Below, one piece after another: positions 10,904 to 24,306 of a stretch of 64,000 nt of DNA; positions within the stretch are counted from its first letter, which is position 1, and the number at the start of each line of letters is the position of its first letter. The position numbers were made by a program, and so were the translations under genes. A model generated the notes under the pieces. It worked only from the letters and a program-made list of their open reading frames with translations, was not told the origin of the DNA and ran no database searches. Origin of the DNA: Diadema antillarum (lineage: Eukaryota); assembly GCF_040938485.1 (NCBI RefSeq), contig NW_027270890.1:2976001-3040000 (forward strand), written 5' to 3'.

Positions 10904-13900
10904 CTGGAATGCAAACAAATCAACCAGTTACAACCAAACAAATACACATACATAGACTCCGAAGCACACAAGCTGGGCATCAAAAGCTTACAAATGCTGT
11001 AATGTCACATCCTTTTCTTATCATTTGTATGGATTATTTTAAAGGCAGCCGATCGTCATCCCTTATGGTACGTAAACTCTGAACGACCGAAGTTTGTGCA
11101 TGCAATTGCGCAATGCCAGACTCGGTGCTATATCCATAAACGTGTGGGACAATGCTACCACTGAGACACGTGTGTGTGTGTGCGTGTGTGTGTACGCATC
11201 ATACACAAACATTGTCATCGCGAGCTGCGGTGATTGGAGGAGAGAAGCCAGGAGACGCGTGGCTCTTTTGGCCTCTCTTCATGCGCATGCGCATTGAGAG
11301 TGTGCGTCCATTTGGAAGCTCTCGTGGCTCGCTCGGACAGCCATTTTGGGTTAGAAGATTTGTAGCACAGAGCTCTTGTAGTCTAGAGTGTTGTTCGCTG
11401 ACCCATTGAGCCAGCGCTATTCTCATTCGGGGGTCACTACATTTGATACAGAATGGGGGAGGCAGCGTGTTGCGTTCGTCTCCGTGCCGCACAAACCACT
11501 CGCCACGATTGAGTGCCTTTAATTCAGAAATCCATCTCATAAATGAAATGTAACAATGCAGAACAAGCATTAAACAGGATAGCATATCTTGTAAAATGAA
11601 GACACAACACAAATCGGTAAACCAACCTAGTGTGGGCCAAACTGTGAAAACACAAATAGACAGTTTCTCTACATTCAGTGCATATGAAACCTTCAAAAAA
11701 ATATATTGAGATCTTTCTCATAAGGAACAGCAGTATCCTGAAGAATTGAATTACATGCATAGCTACATTTGTATACGACACAGAAAAGGATGCTACATAA
11801 ATTTTTACCCTTTGGCAAGAAGAAGAAGAAGAAGAAGAAGAAGAAGAAGAAGAAGAAGAAGAAGAAGAAGAAGAAGAAGAAGAAGAAGAAGAAGAAGAAG
11901 AAACGAAACCAACAATCTAATAATTATCAATTTATCTCTGTCTTTTGATCCATGGTAGCCTACTAAACAAAAGTTGGTCAAACACCATGCCATACTGAAA
12001 CTGCACAACAGCTTGTAAAACATGAGAATCCATAACAACAGTTTGCAAGGGTGGTCAACCTTCAACAATGAACACAAATGTGACCCGCTACAACAAAAGG
12101 ATCCTAAAGTCGCTGACAGGCGAGCCAATCATGGCCAAGAAAAACGCTATTTTCAGGCCTTTCCTTTGATCATTTAGCTTCGAAATTTCGGCATATGATA
12201 GAAGATGCATTAGACTACAAAATTATGTTAAAAATAGAAATCCAAATGTTTTGACAGATTTTGGTGATATGACTTCAAACTCGATTTTCTCGGCTCACCC
12301 GTCAGCGACTTTAGGATCCTTTTGTTGTAGCGGGTCACAAACTCAAATAGCAGTGGTAGAATAGATGCAGCAAGAAATTCTTAATGGTATCCTCTTTCAT
12401 TTCTTGTCCTTACCATACGAGATGTTCTCCCCAGCAGCATTCCTCCAGATCGGTGGTTCCACAAGGTTGGTGTCGTTCACAGAGCACAGGTAGCTGATGG
12501 TGCCTCCGATCCGCGGCTCAGAGTCGTGGCTGGGCACGATGTTAATACTGACCGGAAGGACGCCCTCGCAATGACTGCCCGTATAACCCGCCGGGCAGCG
12601 ACACTCGCCCTCCATACAGATTCCTCCGTTGATGCACATGGGAAAGCAACCTTCATCACAGTAGTTTGGTTTGAAGAAAAATGAAGGGGAAAACAATAGA
12701 TGGTATTAACTCATCACTGCATCATATCGATGCTCATATGCAGATATACAGATTTGGAAAAACATTCTCAGAGCTGCCAACTTTTGTAAAAGCCTTTCAG
12801 TACTTTGATGGCTGAAAATCAGTAATTTGCACCTTTTTTGAGTGAAAATCAGTAATCCTTAACAGTATAATAGAATTTATCACAGACAATGATTTCTAAA
12901 ATCAGTAATTTGCTTGTAACCTTCAGTATTCTTGTCCAATTTCAGTAGAAATTACTGAAAATCAGTACTAGTTGGCAGCTCTGCATTCTTAGGTTTGTAA
13001 TAAGGCACTGACTCTTGAGAAAGCACACTGAATATGTAGAGTTGAAAGCCATACCCATATTTCAACTACTATTTGTAATTTTTAGAGAAAAAAAAAGTGA
13101 TACAAAACAACTTCAAATTTGATTCAAACTTTGAACTGGCTGTGCCATGCAAAATATACCAATCATCAGATTGATTTTACATACTTATTTTTGATAAATG
13201 CTCGCTTACTTTTTTCTTTGATAAAGTCCTTTATAGAAGTAGACATGAAAATATTATATCATAAAGACAGAATATAAACTGCATATTACGTCAATTTCTT
13301 GACAAGATACAACATAATTTAACCCACTGAAGGCAAATCCCGAGAATACTTGGGCAGGTGTCTATGAGAACTACATACATCTTATCCCTACTAGTTGCTT
13401 TTTTCAAACTCCACTATATAAACTTTTCATTTTATAAATGATTTGGGAAATCAGGTGACTTCAAAAATATGTGCAAGCAATGATGGTGTAAAGCCTTCTT
13501 AGGGATGACAAAATGACTGACTTTGCCAACAGTCTGAACATAGAAAAAGTTGTTCTACAGACATAACATCTTATTGCTTGTTTATCAATGTTTCCACAAA
13601 ATTGCTCCTTCTTACTTTTCAGAGCTCCTTGTAAAATATGAGCCTATGAGAGTTCTTAGGTCATCAAGGGAGGATCTATATGTGATACCCTCCATTTCAA
13701 CAAGCTACTATGGCAAACGTAGTTTCAGGCATGCCGCCCCAGAACTGTGGAACAGCATCCCAAGTGATATAAAACATGCGAGTTCCATCAATAAGTTAAA
13801 AACGTTTTTAAAAACGTATCTGTTCAGAAAGCAACATAGTGATTGTAGATGATGATTTATGCAGCATTTTATTGTTTCTGTAATTACCTTTTCCTGGTTA

Positions 13901-16900
13901 TCTCTTTGTTTCCCCTCTAAAGCGCATAGAGACCTTTCCAAAGGTATTACGCGCTATATAAGAACGGTAATAATAATAATAATAATAATAATAAAAATAA
14001 GGCCTGGAATTGGTGCATCTCTTACCTCTGAGTTCACAGTGTCCCCCAATGAATCCATCCACACACTCACACACACCGTTGTTACAGGTCCCTCCATTAG
14101 CACAGGGTGGCTCACAGGAACGTTCTGAGTTAAAACAATGCATGTTATATGCATGTTATAGTGTACGCTGTAAATACTGTGCAACATACATATTATATTG
14201 ACCTCCTAATCAATCCCTTTGCATCGTGATATGTACAATGTTTGTACCTTGTTAAGAGATTTACTGCATCATATGTTATATTGACCTCTAAATCAATCAA
14301 TACATTGTTAAGATCTGTATTGTTCAACATATAATTATGTTATATTGACCTCCTAATCTACCACTTTGCCTCTTGACTTTGTTGACAACCGAGACTAAAA
14401 GGCTAAAAGATTTTTCCTCAAGAGGACAGGAAGATTTTGTTTTCCTTGAAGGAAATGACTCTTCCAAGAAAGAAAAGCAGAAATAAAAATCAACATCAAA
14501 ATGATAAAGGTAGCATACACGGCACTGTGTCCTTATTTCTCTGTATTGTTGATTTGCATTATTGTACATCTCTTTTCCCAATGATATCACTACATTGATT
14601 TTATTGGTAGGACAACAAAATCACAACACCTACTGTAAAAGAGGAAATTTTTGCAGTGTGGAAATTTTCGTGCCTTTTGTGAAACCAGAATCTAGTGCGA
14701 AAATAAAAGCACATGAATATGTTTGCTTGCCATATGTTCCAGAAGTGGATGTCTTGATTCCGCAGAATTAAAAACATGTGAAACTCTTCTTACCTGGCCG
14801 AGCGCGAAAAATTAGTCGTGCGAAAATATCCACTTTTATAGCATGCTAAAAAAGAGAGGGTGAATTCAGATGAATTTAATACTAAGAAAGTCTTTGGTTC
14901 TCATGCCACACACCTGCAAGTACAATAGTGAAGGTGGTGGTCAGGGGTCCACCGTTGCAGCGGTAGACACCTATGTCCTCTGATGTAAAGTTGTGAATGA
15001 TGAGCTTGGTTTCATGGCTGGTCAGTCTCTGGGTGTAGATGCGGTCATCTCGGTCTGACAAAAAAAAAAGAAGAAGAAATAATGGACTGACTTCAACTAC
15101 ATTTTGTACACAGATAATTTGTCACGTCGAAAATAAGAATGGTAATATCAAACTCATGTCAACAATGTTCTCATAATCACTGCACTTTTGTGCATCAAAT
15201 GCAACCTATCATCATGTTGGATGATGCAGAAAATGGAAAACAGCTATTCTTGTGTATGAGTCTATACCTAGTGTATGTGCATTTTTTATGCAAAATAAAA
15301 AGAACACTCTCAAATATTGCAACTGATTGACAAATTGCCCTACATCGACGTAAATAAGCACTGAATTGATCAGTGTTTTAGTAGTAGCCATGATAAAAAA
15401 TCATGGGCGTACATACTCGAGCAGGATTCGAACCTACGACCTCCTGATCACCGGACAAGCGTTATCTCCACTATAAGGATTAAAACCAACGCTTCCTTTC
15501 AGGCGAAAGCTCGGTGGTCTAGTGGAGATGACGCCTGTCCGGTGATCAGGAGGTCGTAGGTTCGAATCCTGCTCGAGTATGTACGCCCATGATTTTTTAT
15601 CATGGCTACTACTAAAACACTGATCAATTCAGTGCTTATTTACGTCGATGTAGGGCAATTTGTCAATCAGTTGCAATGAAAACATCTCGACGGAAGAAAT
15701 TCATGAATTTGAATAACTCTCAAATATGTCTGAACTGCAGCAAGAGATCAATGAGTGAAATTAATCCTTCATTTATAAAAGTGAACTATAAACACATCTT
15801 GATAAAACAAAGAAAAATTACAGTATGACAGACAGATAAAATAAAGAAAATGTAGTGCAGCATATAAAAAAAGCTAAAAATAAAGAATCAAAATCCAGAA
15901 ACTCACAAGCGGGATTGGAAGAAATGATTCTGCCGGATGGATTTCTCCAGAAGGGGTAGCGAGGGGCGTTAGGTCCACTGGTTCGGCAGAGGAACTCGAT
16001 GTCCTCACCAACCATTGGACTCTTCTCGATACTTGGTATGATGACGATGGAAGACCGGATCCCAACTAATAAAAAAACAAATAATTAAAGGGTGTGTACA
16101 ATTCTGGTCGAGGTGAGGATTTAGCTTTTAACGTTTTGAGAGATATTCAGAAACCATTCTATGAGATGTCAAAGAGCATGCAATTCTAAGGGGTATCAAA
16201 AGTTTATTTGATGAAAATCGGTTTTGAAATGGCTGAGATATCCAAAAACAAGGTGAAACAAAGAGATCCTAATAAAAGGCGTGGCCTGTCGCCTTTTATT
16301 ATTATCACTTTTTTGGATATCTCAGCCATTTAGAAACCAATTTTCATCAAATAAACGTTGAAACTTTCTTAAAATTGCATGCTCTTTCATATTTCATAAG
16401 AGGTTTCTCATTATATCACTTAGGAATGTTCAAAACATGAATCCCCACCTCAACCAGTACTGTACAGTCCCTTTAAAAATTGCAATCACTGTACTTGACA
16501 AAATAGAGAAAGATATCGGCATACGTGCAAATGAGCAAACTCATCTACACAAATACCAAAGATATGTACACATAATTATATCAAAAATCAGTTCTGCCTT
16601 TAAAAACACTATATTCCATAAACATCTACAACTTCTTCACATTTTGATGTCTTTATTCAAGCTTTGATTATCAATACAGAAATCTTTCTTAGAAGCCTCC
16701 ATAATAAGAAAACTTTTTTTTTCCCGTTTTAACTGATATGCAAACTATATCAATTCTGGATGATATTGAATCAGATCTTTTTCTTAGTTTCCCATCTTTA
16801 CCAGGTCAGTACTGTATAGATATAAAAAATAATATGTCGTACAGGAGAATAATCAGAAAAGGAACCAAACTCTTAATTGAACAATTTTATTGGATTACAG

Positions 16901-19900
16901 CCATGCAATCCCCTGTAATGGGCATAAAGATCTGAACTGTCAACTTCTTTTGGATTGGAAAGCATCAGTGGTCTGTTTCTGACGCTCGTACCACCTGTAT
17001 CAAACATTTTCATGTGGCAATGTAAAAAAACTACGAAGGATATAATGTGATAGTCTTACGTCCGATTTGGCAGAATGACCCCTGGTAGCCGGTGGGACAC
17101 AGGCACACGCCGTCCTCACATGTTCCCCCGTTAGCACAGTTCAAAGGACATGGCCGCTCTGTGGGAAAAGGCAAAGTAAAAGTCATTTTGGAAACTTTGT
17201 CTATCATGATGTAAAGTGTGATAAATGTAATCATACAAATCCTTAAGATACTGATTGTGGTAATGGTCAAGATAATTACAAAAAGAAAGTAATGGTAGTG
17301 GTGATAATGATGATACACATCTTTAAAAACTAAAAACAAAACTTACTGTTTGACCAATAAAAATCTGAACAAAATAATACAAATGATACATATTTATGAT
17401 GGACACAAAAAAAGCCTACAATACATAGGGCCTACGGCGATGACGGCAAAATCAATCGATATGGCAACCACCATTTAGGAACAAGGATGATAATATTTTC
17501 CCTGTGCCACAATAAGAGTCCCTGTCCTTGGACACGCATTGTAAAACTGCACCATGGTTTTGAGGAACAATACATGTATATCTCATCAGTAAAGCTCTCA
17601 CTCTTCTGCATTTGAAGAGTTTATTGCAAAACAAGCTAACTCCATTCTTGTTAAGTTGAGATATTTGTAATTAAAGATGCTACAAAAATAAGAAAATAAC
17701 AGGAAAATACAGGATATTTTTATTCCTAACTTCGAGAATATTTTTTGTTATGTCACAAGTGAGGTATTGCTGAAAAGGTTTAATTTTACTTGATTTGATG
17801 ATGGACTTACTTTGAAATGTTTAAAAATAGCGCTTAGCTCATTTTGCAATTAAAACTCTTCATTTGTGAAAACTGGTATCAGACTAGCATCAGCCGGAAG
17901 ACAAGTCCTTGCAGTTTTAAAAACAACTCTGTTGAAAATATCTACCATTAACATTCATCTTCCTATTCTCAGGCATCAAGGAAAATATGTCACGTGTAGG
18001 ATGTATACAACAACATCCAGTATTGTTACCTTCTATGGTGATGAAGACTGTACTGTTGAGTGGACCGGTGGCACACGTGTACAGCCCTGTGTCGCCCTCA
18101 GCCAAGGGGCGGATGTAGAGTCTGGTTGCCGTGGCGTTCACATCAAAAGTAAAGACTCGGTCTTCACCTGGAGGAAGAGGGGGAAAGGCATGACATGGAT
18201 GGATGACACTAAAGCAATATAACCATTGATATTATTTTACAAAATAGTGTATATGACTCACTTGATGTTTTATGATTTTTGTGACATGCAAATATAGCAC
18301 AATAAGATGCATGCATCACAAAGTTTATGCTTAAGTGACATAAAAAATTTATTACTTCAAAACATATAACTTCCAAAAATACTGTATGTGACTCACTTGA
18401 AGTTTTATCAATATGATTTTTGTGACATGCAAGTACAACACAAGAAGATGCATGTATTACAGTTTATGATTAAGCGACATAAACTTATTACTTCAAAATA
18501 TATCAGTTTCCCCCCCCCAAAAAAAAAAAAAGAAAAAAAAAGAAAAAAAATCTCTTAATGAGGTGAAATCAAATTGATTTCAATTTTGCTTTTGTCATCA
18601 CCCACGTCAACAATTTCATTTCAATCTTTGCAAAGGATGAAATTGTCCATGGATACTGAACTGTGAAAATGACAATTCTTTGCCATTCTTGCCACCACAA
18701 CCCCTGAACCATATCAATGATAAAATATTCTGATCTTATTGCTTTTTTGAAAGTGTCACGCTTAATAATCCATGACAAACAAAAAAATATGCATTTCTCA
18801 TGCATTTATTTTTCTCGCTATCATGATAATCATGTCAAATTGATGACACAATAATAGCAAAAGAGGCAAAGAGTAGGTGTTTCTTATGTTATCACCCATG
18901 TGAGCAATTTCATTTCAATCTTTGGGGATGATGATGAAAGTGTACAGACATGTGTGCGGTCCCAAGATACCAAGAACTGGGCACTGTTTCATGAAAGTTG
19001 TCAGCCCTGACAAGTTGTCAGTCACCGTCAGTAAAATCCTTGGTTTTGATCGGCTGAGATGCGCTGGTCACTGACTGTTACTATGGTAGTTGTCAGAGAC
19101 TAACAACTTGTCAGGGCTGACAACTTTGATGAAACGGTGCCCAGGTATCATCCCAAGACTCACTGGTCTGGCGGTTGCCCACGATGCGGCCGCTAGGCTC
19201 CCTCCACTTGGGATTCTGTGGGGCAAAGGTCCCCTGGGTGAGACAGAGGAAGGCAATGTTCTCTCCTGTGTAGAAAACTTGACCCTCCTCCGGCAGGATT
19301 GAGATGGACATGGGCTGGATGACTGTAAACAACAGAGGGCGACAAATAAATAGAATTATTTTAACAAGCAATAATTAACCTTTTGCATGCTTTGAGGGTC
19401 TATTGGCATACTGTAATGGTCTTTACAGTGGAAATTTTTGTGCATTTTGCGCAACCAGAAGCTGGCACGAAAATAAAAGCACGGAAATATTTTTGCATGC
19501 CATATATTCCAGTAGTTAATGTCCTGATTCCGCGGAACTAAAAACATGCGAAATCTATCTTATCCGGCCGAGCGCGAAAAATTACTTGTGCAAATGATAT
19601 CCACTTTTACAGTACCAAAACCCATAGCCTTGTTCACACTGTTCAGTCTCTAGCACAAAAAAGGTTAAACACAGCCTCATCATATCTATACTTGTATGTA
19701 AGGATTTAAAAGGTCTATGGTATTACAGCACAGCTTGAAATCGAGAAAAGGAATAATACACGATGGATGCCTGTGGACAACAGTGGGTGATATACTGGTA
19801 AAAATCTACCAAAATCAAGTATCAAATAGGCTTAATACACAGTGTAGTGAAGTATAGAACACTATTACTGAATCCAATCACAGCTATGAGTGCACCACTA

Positions 19901-22900
19901 TGAGTAGGCCCTACAGTTGAATTTGGAATTGACGTAGACTTACTCTGTAGCTCACACGCCGACCCATTGAAGCCCGTTGGACATCGACATTCTCCTCCGA
20001 CACACTCTCCTCCGTTCTCACATTCCGGAATGCATGAGGGCGCTGTTGAAACAGAGAGACGAACAGTTGAGTGAATCACATATGAATAAATACTAGTCAA
20101 GAATGAATGGTCTTTACGAGATTTTTAATCTATTAAAAATCATGCAGCTCATATTGATGCTATTTCGGGATGCTTCATATTAACCCGTTCCTTCCTCAAT
20201 TCTCTGAGTGCCTTTAATGCCCCCAAACGAGATTCTTTTCGCCCGTCGACAGAGAGGCACACAGGTTGGTAATCCAGCTGTGTGAAGGCAGTCAAGCGGT
20301 TCATTGTGTCCCCCTTTCTACGGTCAACTACATGTGCCCGTGAACAATGGAAATATCGGGTGCGAGGTATGAATAGAGCGTGCGCTGATGAGCTCTCAGA
20401 ATCTTTTGTTCTACACAAAACCAGGTACCTGAATGAGGTGACTGGGGTCAGCGAACCCGCATTTCTAACTGATCTCAGCCTTGATCATTATGTACATGTT
20501 CGTACGAGTTTACAGCAGAACAAGCAAAAAACTAAATCAGGAAAAGGTACATAATACTGTAAACCCCCTTTTTTTTAACAGCAGGAGAACAAATCCTGGT
20601 AGAATAAACTCTGATCTTTTTATCAAACCCACTTTTCTGAGCATTTTAACACAAAGAAACACGAATTTAGGCCACTGAAGCAGGCACCCTTGTCTTCACT
20701 TTGGGAACCTGGTAAACCAGGTTCCCGTAAGGAACGGGTTAATACAACTTTCTAGGTTTTTTTTTCTCCTTAAAAGCATAACTTACCATTTTGCAGATTA
20801 AAAAAAAACAAAAACAGCATTAATGCTTGAAAATAGTTCTAAAATGTGAGTTAGGGATAGAAACAACCAAAGTAAAAATTTGAACCAGTATAATCTATGT
20901 TAAGTATTGTTAAATGTATAAAATGTGAACAATATTTATAATAAAAATGACTCCAGACTAAACTGTCTACAGTTATAGTTTAATCAGAAAAATAATGATA
21001 TCTCCTTGTATCTGAGGCTTTAATGCAAAAATTTTAGGATGTTTTGTGATACAACTGACCTACACATATGCATCAAAAGCGATATCTTTAGCCTTTTTAA
21101 AATCACTGCTCGCAAAAGGTAAACAGGACCTTTTAACCTCAAAGCACAGAAGATGTCTCTGTTATGAAAAGGAGATTTCATGCATACTAGTATTCACAAC
21201 ATCTCAATTTTCCATATCAAGCAAGTAGGCAGGAGTTCTAACAACAGCTGGACTCCTTATTAGGCATATACAGTAGGGAGGAGCTTTATAAACTTGACTC
21301 TTTATTTGGAGTTTAAGGAGGAGCTTTACCACAAGCTAGACTCACCAATCCTGTCACAAGCCTCGCCCAAGAAACCTTCTGAACACACACAGATTCCCTC
21401 GATGCATTGTCCTCCATTCACACAGCGAGGGATGCAGGAGTATGCAGCTGGGAGATAGGCAGACAACAAAAAATACATTCAAGGTAAACAGAATATTTTT
21501 TCATCTTATACAAACAGCACGTGTACATTATACCCAGATGTACACTATACACAGTGTACACAGAAATAATAGGCCTATTAATGCCCAATAAAAATAATAT
21601 TTTGAAGGGCAAAATTATAAACTTTTTAATCTTAAACACATGCATTTCTTTCAAAATCCACATATTTCATCTCAAAGACACATTAACCTTATATTTCATG
21701 CTTGTTGACAGCTGTACATGTATTTATTTATAGAATTTTTCCAAGTAGCAGAAATTTTAGTTCAACTTGGTTGTAGTTTTTGTACACTGTACCATTTTGA
21801 AAAAGAAAGAAATACTTACTAGTATTATGGATAGTAACAGAGATGGATTGCTGTAATGGACCAGCGTTGCAGGCATATGTCCCGCTGTCGGCAAAGGACA
21901 CGTTAGTTATCTGGAGCTCCGTGGTGAAACCAGATTTACGCGTCGTGAAGATGTGGTTGGATTCTCCTGGAAGATACAAGGGTACGTTTTGTAGCATAAA
22001 ATGTATCATTTCTGACATGAGTGTCTGCAAAGGATGAAGATTATGGGCTAAACCTTGTAAACACAGCACAGTAAGAATTACCAGTTTTAAACTTCAATAC
22101 TTTTGGATGCATCAACAGTGAAAATCAGATGTGCAGTCATTGTATGTCAGATAATGTACGAATGCATGGATTTTCACAAAGGGCAGCATCTTTAGAGCAA
22201 TATTTGATTTTCCCCTCTCGATAAATGGGACGATTTGTTACACAATTTTTCCTAAACTTTTATCAACTTGGCATATATATTACCTACTGCGAATGGGGAA
22301 TGTCTTCCACATAAAATGAAAGTGGTGTAAATCTGGACAACAACAGAACATCCATAATTATATGGTTGCTATGAATGCTCCAGAAACACAAGAGAGAGTC
22401 CCTTGTGAAAGGAAAACTATTTGAATAGTTTCAGAGAATGGTGTCCTAGTTGATCTTCCACCATAATTAACCCCCTCCATGCTAGAATCTGTCCCTAGCA
22501 TACAGGCACAGCACTATGGGATATATTCAACACCAAGCCTTACCAAAGACAGCAGAGTTGATATACTGGAAATCTCCCTTCCTCCAGCGAGGGTTCATGG
22601 GGGCGTCGGGACCACTGGTGATGCAGCGGAAGGTCACATTGCCCCCCTCCGTGTACTCATTGTCCGGATCCAGCTCAATGCGCAGGTTGGCATCAATGCT
22701 CACTGTAACAGGAAATATAATACGCTNNNNNNNNNNNNNNNNNNNNNNNNNNNNNNNNNNNNNNNNNNNNNNNNNNNNNNNNNNNNNNNNNNNNNNNNNN
22801 NNNNNNNNNNNNNNNNNNNNNNNNNNNNNNNNNNNNNNNNNNNNNNNNNNNNNNNNNNNNNNNNNNNNNNNNNNNNNNNNNNNNNNNNNNNNNNNNNNNN

Positions 22901-24259
22901 NNNNNNNNNNNNNNNNNNNNNAGTTGTCAATAGTAGTTAAAATTTTGCTAGTGAGCTATTCCTGTTCTAAATACTTCATTTCCAACATTCCATGGCATAT
23001 CATACATACCATTTCATATTTACTTCACTATTCAATAAATTATCATTTGCGTTATTGAATTACTAAAAATATACCATACTCTACAATCATATCCTTGTAT
23101 TATTTGTGACAAATTGTCAAAAAGCAACAACAAAAGGGGAAAGAAATATAAGTGCACATAAGCACGTATTACAAAAAATATATACTGTACAAGTAACTCG
23201 ATGAGGAGAGGCTGATTTTGCTACAAAATGCATTTATGCATATCATTATTATTTACATACATACATATTTATTTTATTTACATATTTTTATAAATATTAT
23301 TAATATTTATTCATATTACATGCATTTATATATATTTATATAGAGTATACTCGGGACTTGTTGTCAACAGGTTAATACACTACTTTCTAGGTACGGATAT
23401 GTTTATAGAATCTAGTAATTTTAAAGGAACCCTTTTTGTATGTTGCACATCGTATCCTGTAGATGCTATCCACCATTCTGACTCACATGTAAACTGGCAC
23501 AGGTCTCCCGTGAAATCCACTTGACAGAAACACCGTCCACCCATACAGGTGCCACCATTATAGCAGGGTCGCTGGCTGTGACATCCTGGAACTATAGAGG
23601 GAGACAAACATGGTCAAACAAAATTAGCCAGTTGTCTTGCCACAACTTATGCAAAAGTTCTGTTGCATGGACATGTTGAAAAACTTTGCTCAACATAAGG
23701 CAACCACATTAAGAACACTTTTAACCAAATATTTGATGTTTGCACAGCCTGGATGAATTGCCCATCCACCACAAATTATAGGAGCCAATTTTTTTATTTT
23801 TTTATTTTTTTTCAGAGGGGGTGGGTTCCAGGGCAGTGCTGCTGGTTAGGTCAAAGGTACCCCCTCCACCCCAAGAAGGAATCTCTGGGCAGAAGCCCTC
23901 TGAACATCACAGAAAAACATTTTTTTTCACCATTTTATTGGTAGAGCCAAAAATGTGTGTGTGTATGTGTGTTAGGAGGGTGTGGGGGGGGGGGGAGGTA
24001 GTGGGTTGTAGCCCTACTGTTCCGCAGCCCCTGAATCAATCACTATAGATTAATAAAAAATGACACATTAAAAGTATAATTTGTTATTTTTCTTTATTTC
24101 AAGAATCAGATTTAACTTTGAAAGGACACCTTATCCTGCAACATTAATTTTCTCCTCCCAATCCCTGTCAAACACACATTTTTTTTTTTTTGAATAGCAA
24201 AGAGAAAATTATGGAAAACAGTATATGATAAATTTCAAACAGATAGAATGGCTTTGTAT

Positions 24260-24306
<47 letters not shown>

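Noticed and set aside
11746-12128. Poly-Arg and poly-Leu ORFs in the ORF track
   Set aside because: Translations of the (AAG)n microsatellite; likewise the RE/SL-repeat ORFs at 4732-4993 and 24168-24512.
15509-15579. Functional tRNA gene
   Set aside because: Anticodon arm cannot form a canonical 5-bp stem with 7-nt loop, and the sequence is embedded in an inverted repeat; treated as a tRNA-derived head.
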